A stretch of DNA of 64,000 nt from an uncultured Spirochaetota bacterium (GTDB taxonomy: Bacteria > Spirochaetota > Brevinematia > Brevinematales > JAOACQ01). The notes below the pieces were generated by a model that worked only from the letters and a program-made list of their open reading frames with translations, was not told where the DNA came from and made no database searches. Each line of letters starts with the position of its first letter. The first letter of the stretch is position 1. Below, piece after piece: positions 62,521 through 64,000 of the stretch. The translations under genes and the position numbers were made by a program. The DNA lies in assembly GCA_963783575.1 (NCBI GenBank), contig CAWAOD010000013.1:160001-224000 (forward strand), read 5' to 3'.

Positions 62521-63863
62521 AACCGCCTGCAGTAAGGGGAACTTCGGATTTTCTTAAGGAAGACCCTGCTTTACAAGTGTCAAAAGTGCAGCTTTATTCT
62601 CTTGATAGTGAGTTTGCAAAAACCAAAAACAATAAGAGCTTAGCGTTTTACCTTTTATTTATCGGGTTTCTTTGTGTAGTAATCGGTGGAACGATTTTTC
62701 TGACAATATACATACAAAATTTAAACCAGAGAATGGAAATAAAGATAAGCGATTTTGATGAATTGAATCTCAAAGACCTTCTAAACGCATCAAGAAAGAA
62801 TTACGGAGACCTGCTTCAGTTAAAACAGGATGTATTAACCTTAAAACAGCAAATGAAAGGTGATCTGGCTCAGGCTCAAATTGATGTTAATAACTCCATC
62901 AAACTCATTAAGGAAAAGGGCTTATCTCCTGATGATGAAAATACCGCGATTAAACAGGCCAATGATGAAGGGTCAAAAAAAATAGCCGCGGTCAGGGATA
63001 ATTATCAATCGCAGATAGATAAAAAACAGAACGAAATAAATCTTATTCAGAAGAACCTCGGCCAGTATGATCAAAAGATGATGGATGCGGCTAAAAAAAG
63101 CGAGCAGGTTCTGGAAGATACACAAAAGTTAAGCGAACTGGAACTGAATAAACAGAAAAAGATCTATGAAGATAAGATGAAAGATATGGAAGCGAAGCAA
63201 AAGAAAGATATACAGGATATTCAGGATTATAATAAACGAATGATCGATGTTCTGGTTTTAAAATATAACCCGGTAATCACCGATAAAAAAATCACCAATC
63301 TGCTAAATTCGAAAATTGACCCATCATGGAAAAATAGTTTTTCATTAAAGAATTATTCCGGTTTATTGGGCCAGGAAAGGATTTTATCGGAAAGTGATTT
63401 TAACGGTCTCAGAGGTTTAATAGGTGATTATGATGCGTTAATCTCCAGATTATATAAAGTACCTTATACAAATTCCATTCCAACGGCTCTTGCGCATCTT
63501 GATTATATTAGCGGTTCCATCGTACAGAATTATGACGATTTATGGAATAAAATGGCTGGCGTCATACAAAAGAAGAATAATATGATTGACAGCTATAGGT
63601 TTGCACTGGACGCCTACTCGAAGATTAACAGGGAAAATGGATATGTAGTCGATCCGAGAGACACAAACAGGATTTTGGTTTATATTGATAAAATCTATAA
63701 CATCAAGAATGATGACAGTGGGATTGTCTTCAGGAATGAAGATGAAACCATAGCTACAATAAAATTTTACCAGGATTTTGAAGGTATTAAAGCAAAAATC
63801 GGAGAGTTATACGGAACAAATCAAATACAGCCTTTTGATAAGATATTGATTAAGTTAAAATAG
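62487..63863 (+). CDS. Membrane-anchored coiled-coil hypothetical protein
   Basis: Single TM then a long heptad-rich region; overlaps the cyclase stop. Confidence 0.7.
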   Translation: MERHMDNDNKIKPPAVRGTSDFLKEDPALQVSKVQLYSLDSEFAKTKNNKSLAFYLLFIGFLCVVIGGTIFLTIYIQNLNQRMEIKISDFDELNLKDLLNASRKNYGDLLQLKQDVLTLKQQMKGDLAQAQIDVNNSIKLIKEKGLSPDDENTAIKQANDEGSKKIAAVRDNYQSQIDKKQNEINLIQKNLGQYDQKMMDAAKKSEQVLEDTQKLSELELNKQKKIYEDKMKDMEAKQKKDIQDIQDYNKRMIDVLVLKYNPVITDKKITNLLNSKIDPSWKNSFSLKNYSGLLGQERILSESDFNGLRGLIGDYDALISRLYKVPYTNSIPTALAHLDYISGSIVQNYDDLWNKMAGVIQKKNNMIDSYRFALDAYSKINRENGYVVDPRDTNRILVYIDKIYNIKNDDSGIVFRNEDETIATIKFYQDFEGIKAKIGELYGTNQIQPFDKILIKLK

Positions 63864-63874
63864 GAGTTTTTATT

Positions 63875-64000
63875 ATGAAAAGGGTTGTTTTTTTATTATT
63901 AATAATTTTAATAAATATTAACCTTTATGCTTATGACTGGCAGAGTAAGTCGATTTCACTTATAGATTCAACCAATGATAACGGTAAGACTATCGATACC
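63875..64000 (+). CDS. Exported protein, partial (runs off the window)
   Basis: AGGAG RBS, MKRVVFLLLIILININLYA signal peptide. Confidence 0.6.
   Translation, partial: MKRVVFLLLIILININLYAYDWQSKSISLIDSTNDNGKTIDT

Overview
AT-rich bacterial chromosomal window, probably from a spirochaete (inferred from 16S motifs and gene content; not verified by a search). 1-42 kb and 59.7-64 kb are backbone: an IS1182 end, TrmH/RlmB methylase, ackA (frameshifted), radical SAM, BatB-TPR (frameshifted), an Omp85-domain protein, rnhC, a complete 16S-tRNA(Ile)-tRNA(Ala)-23S-5S operon, rubredoxin-hemerythrin-rubrerythrin, galT, a TetR-regulated ABC/HlyD/TolC efflux operon, folC, tmRNA, nadC, a PilZ regulator, uvrC, a RimK-type ATP-grasp/GNAT operon, purine nucleoside phosphorylase and an adenylate/guanylate cyclase. 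The main accessory feature is a ~16 kb integron-like gene-cassette island (42.4-58.6 kb) with no integrase in the window. Its mostly single-gene, very AT-rich cassettes are separated by a conserved ~135-160 bp attC-like hairpin repeat, and several cassettes have their own complementary outer arms. The island has a consensus promoter at the left, an attI-like double inverted repeat at the right facing the other way, two toxin-antitoxin cassettes, two paralogous cassettes resembling phage prohead protease plus a membrane segment, a truncated P-loop ATPase, and IS256 and IS21 insertions at the repeats. Also present are a dispersed three-hairpin repeat family with compensatory base changes (7 copies), a 149-bp MITE (2 copies), and a marked Thr-Asn enrichment in exported proteins.
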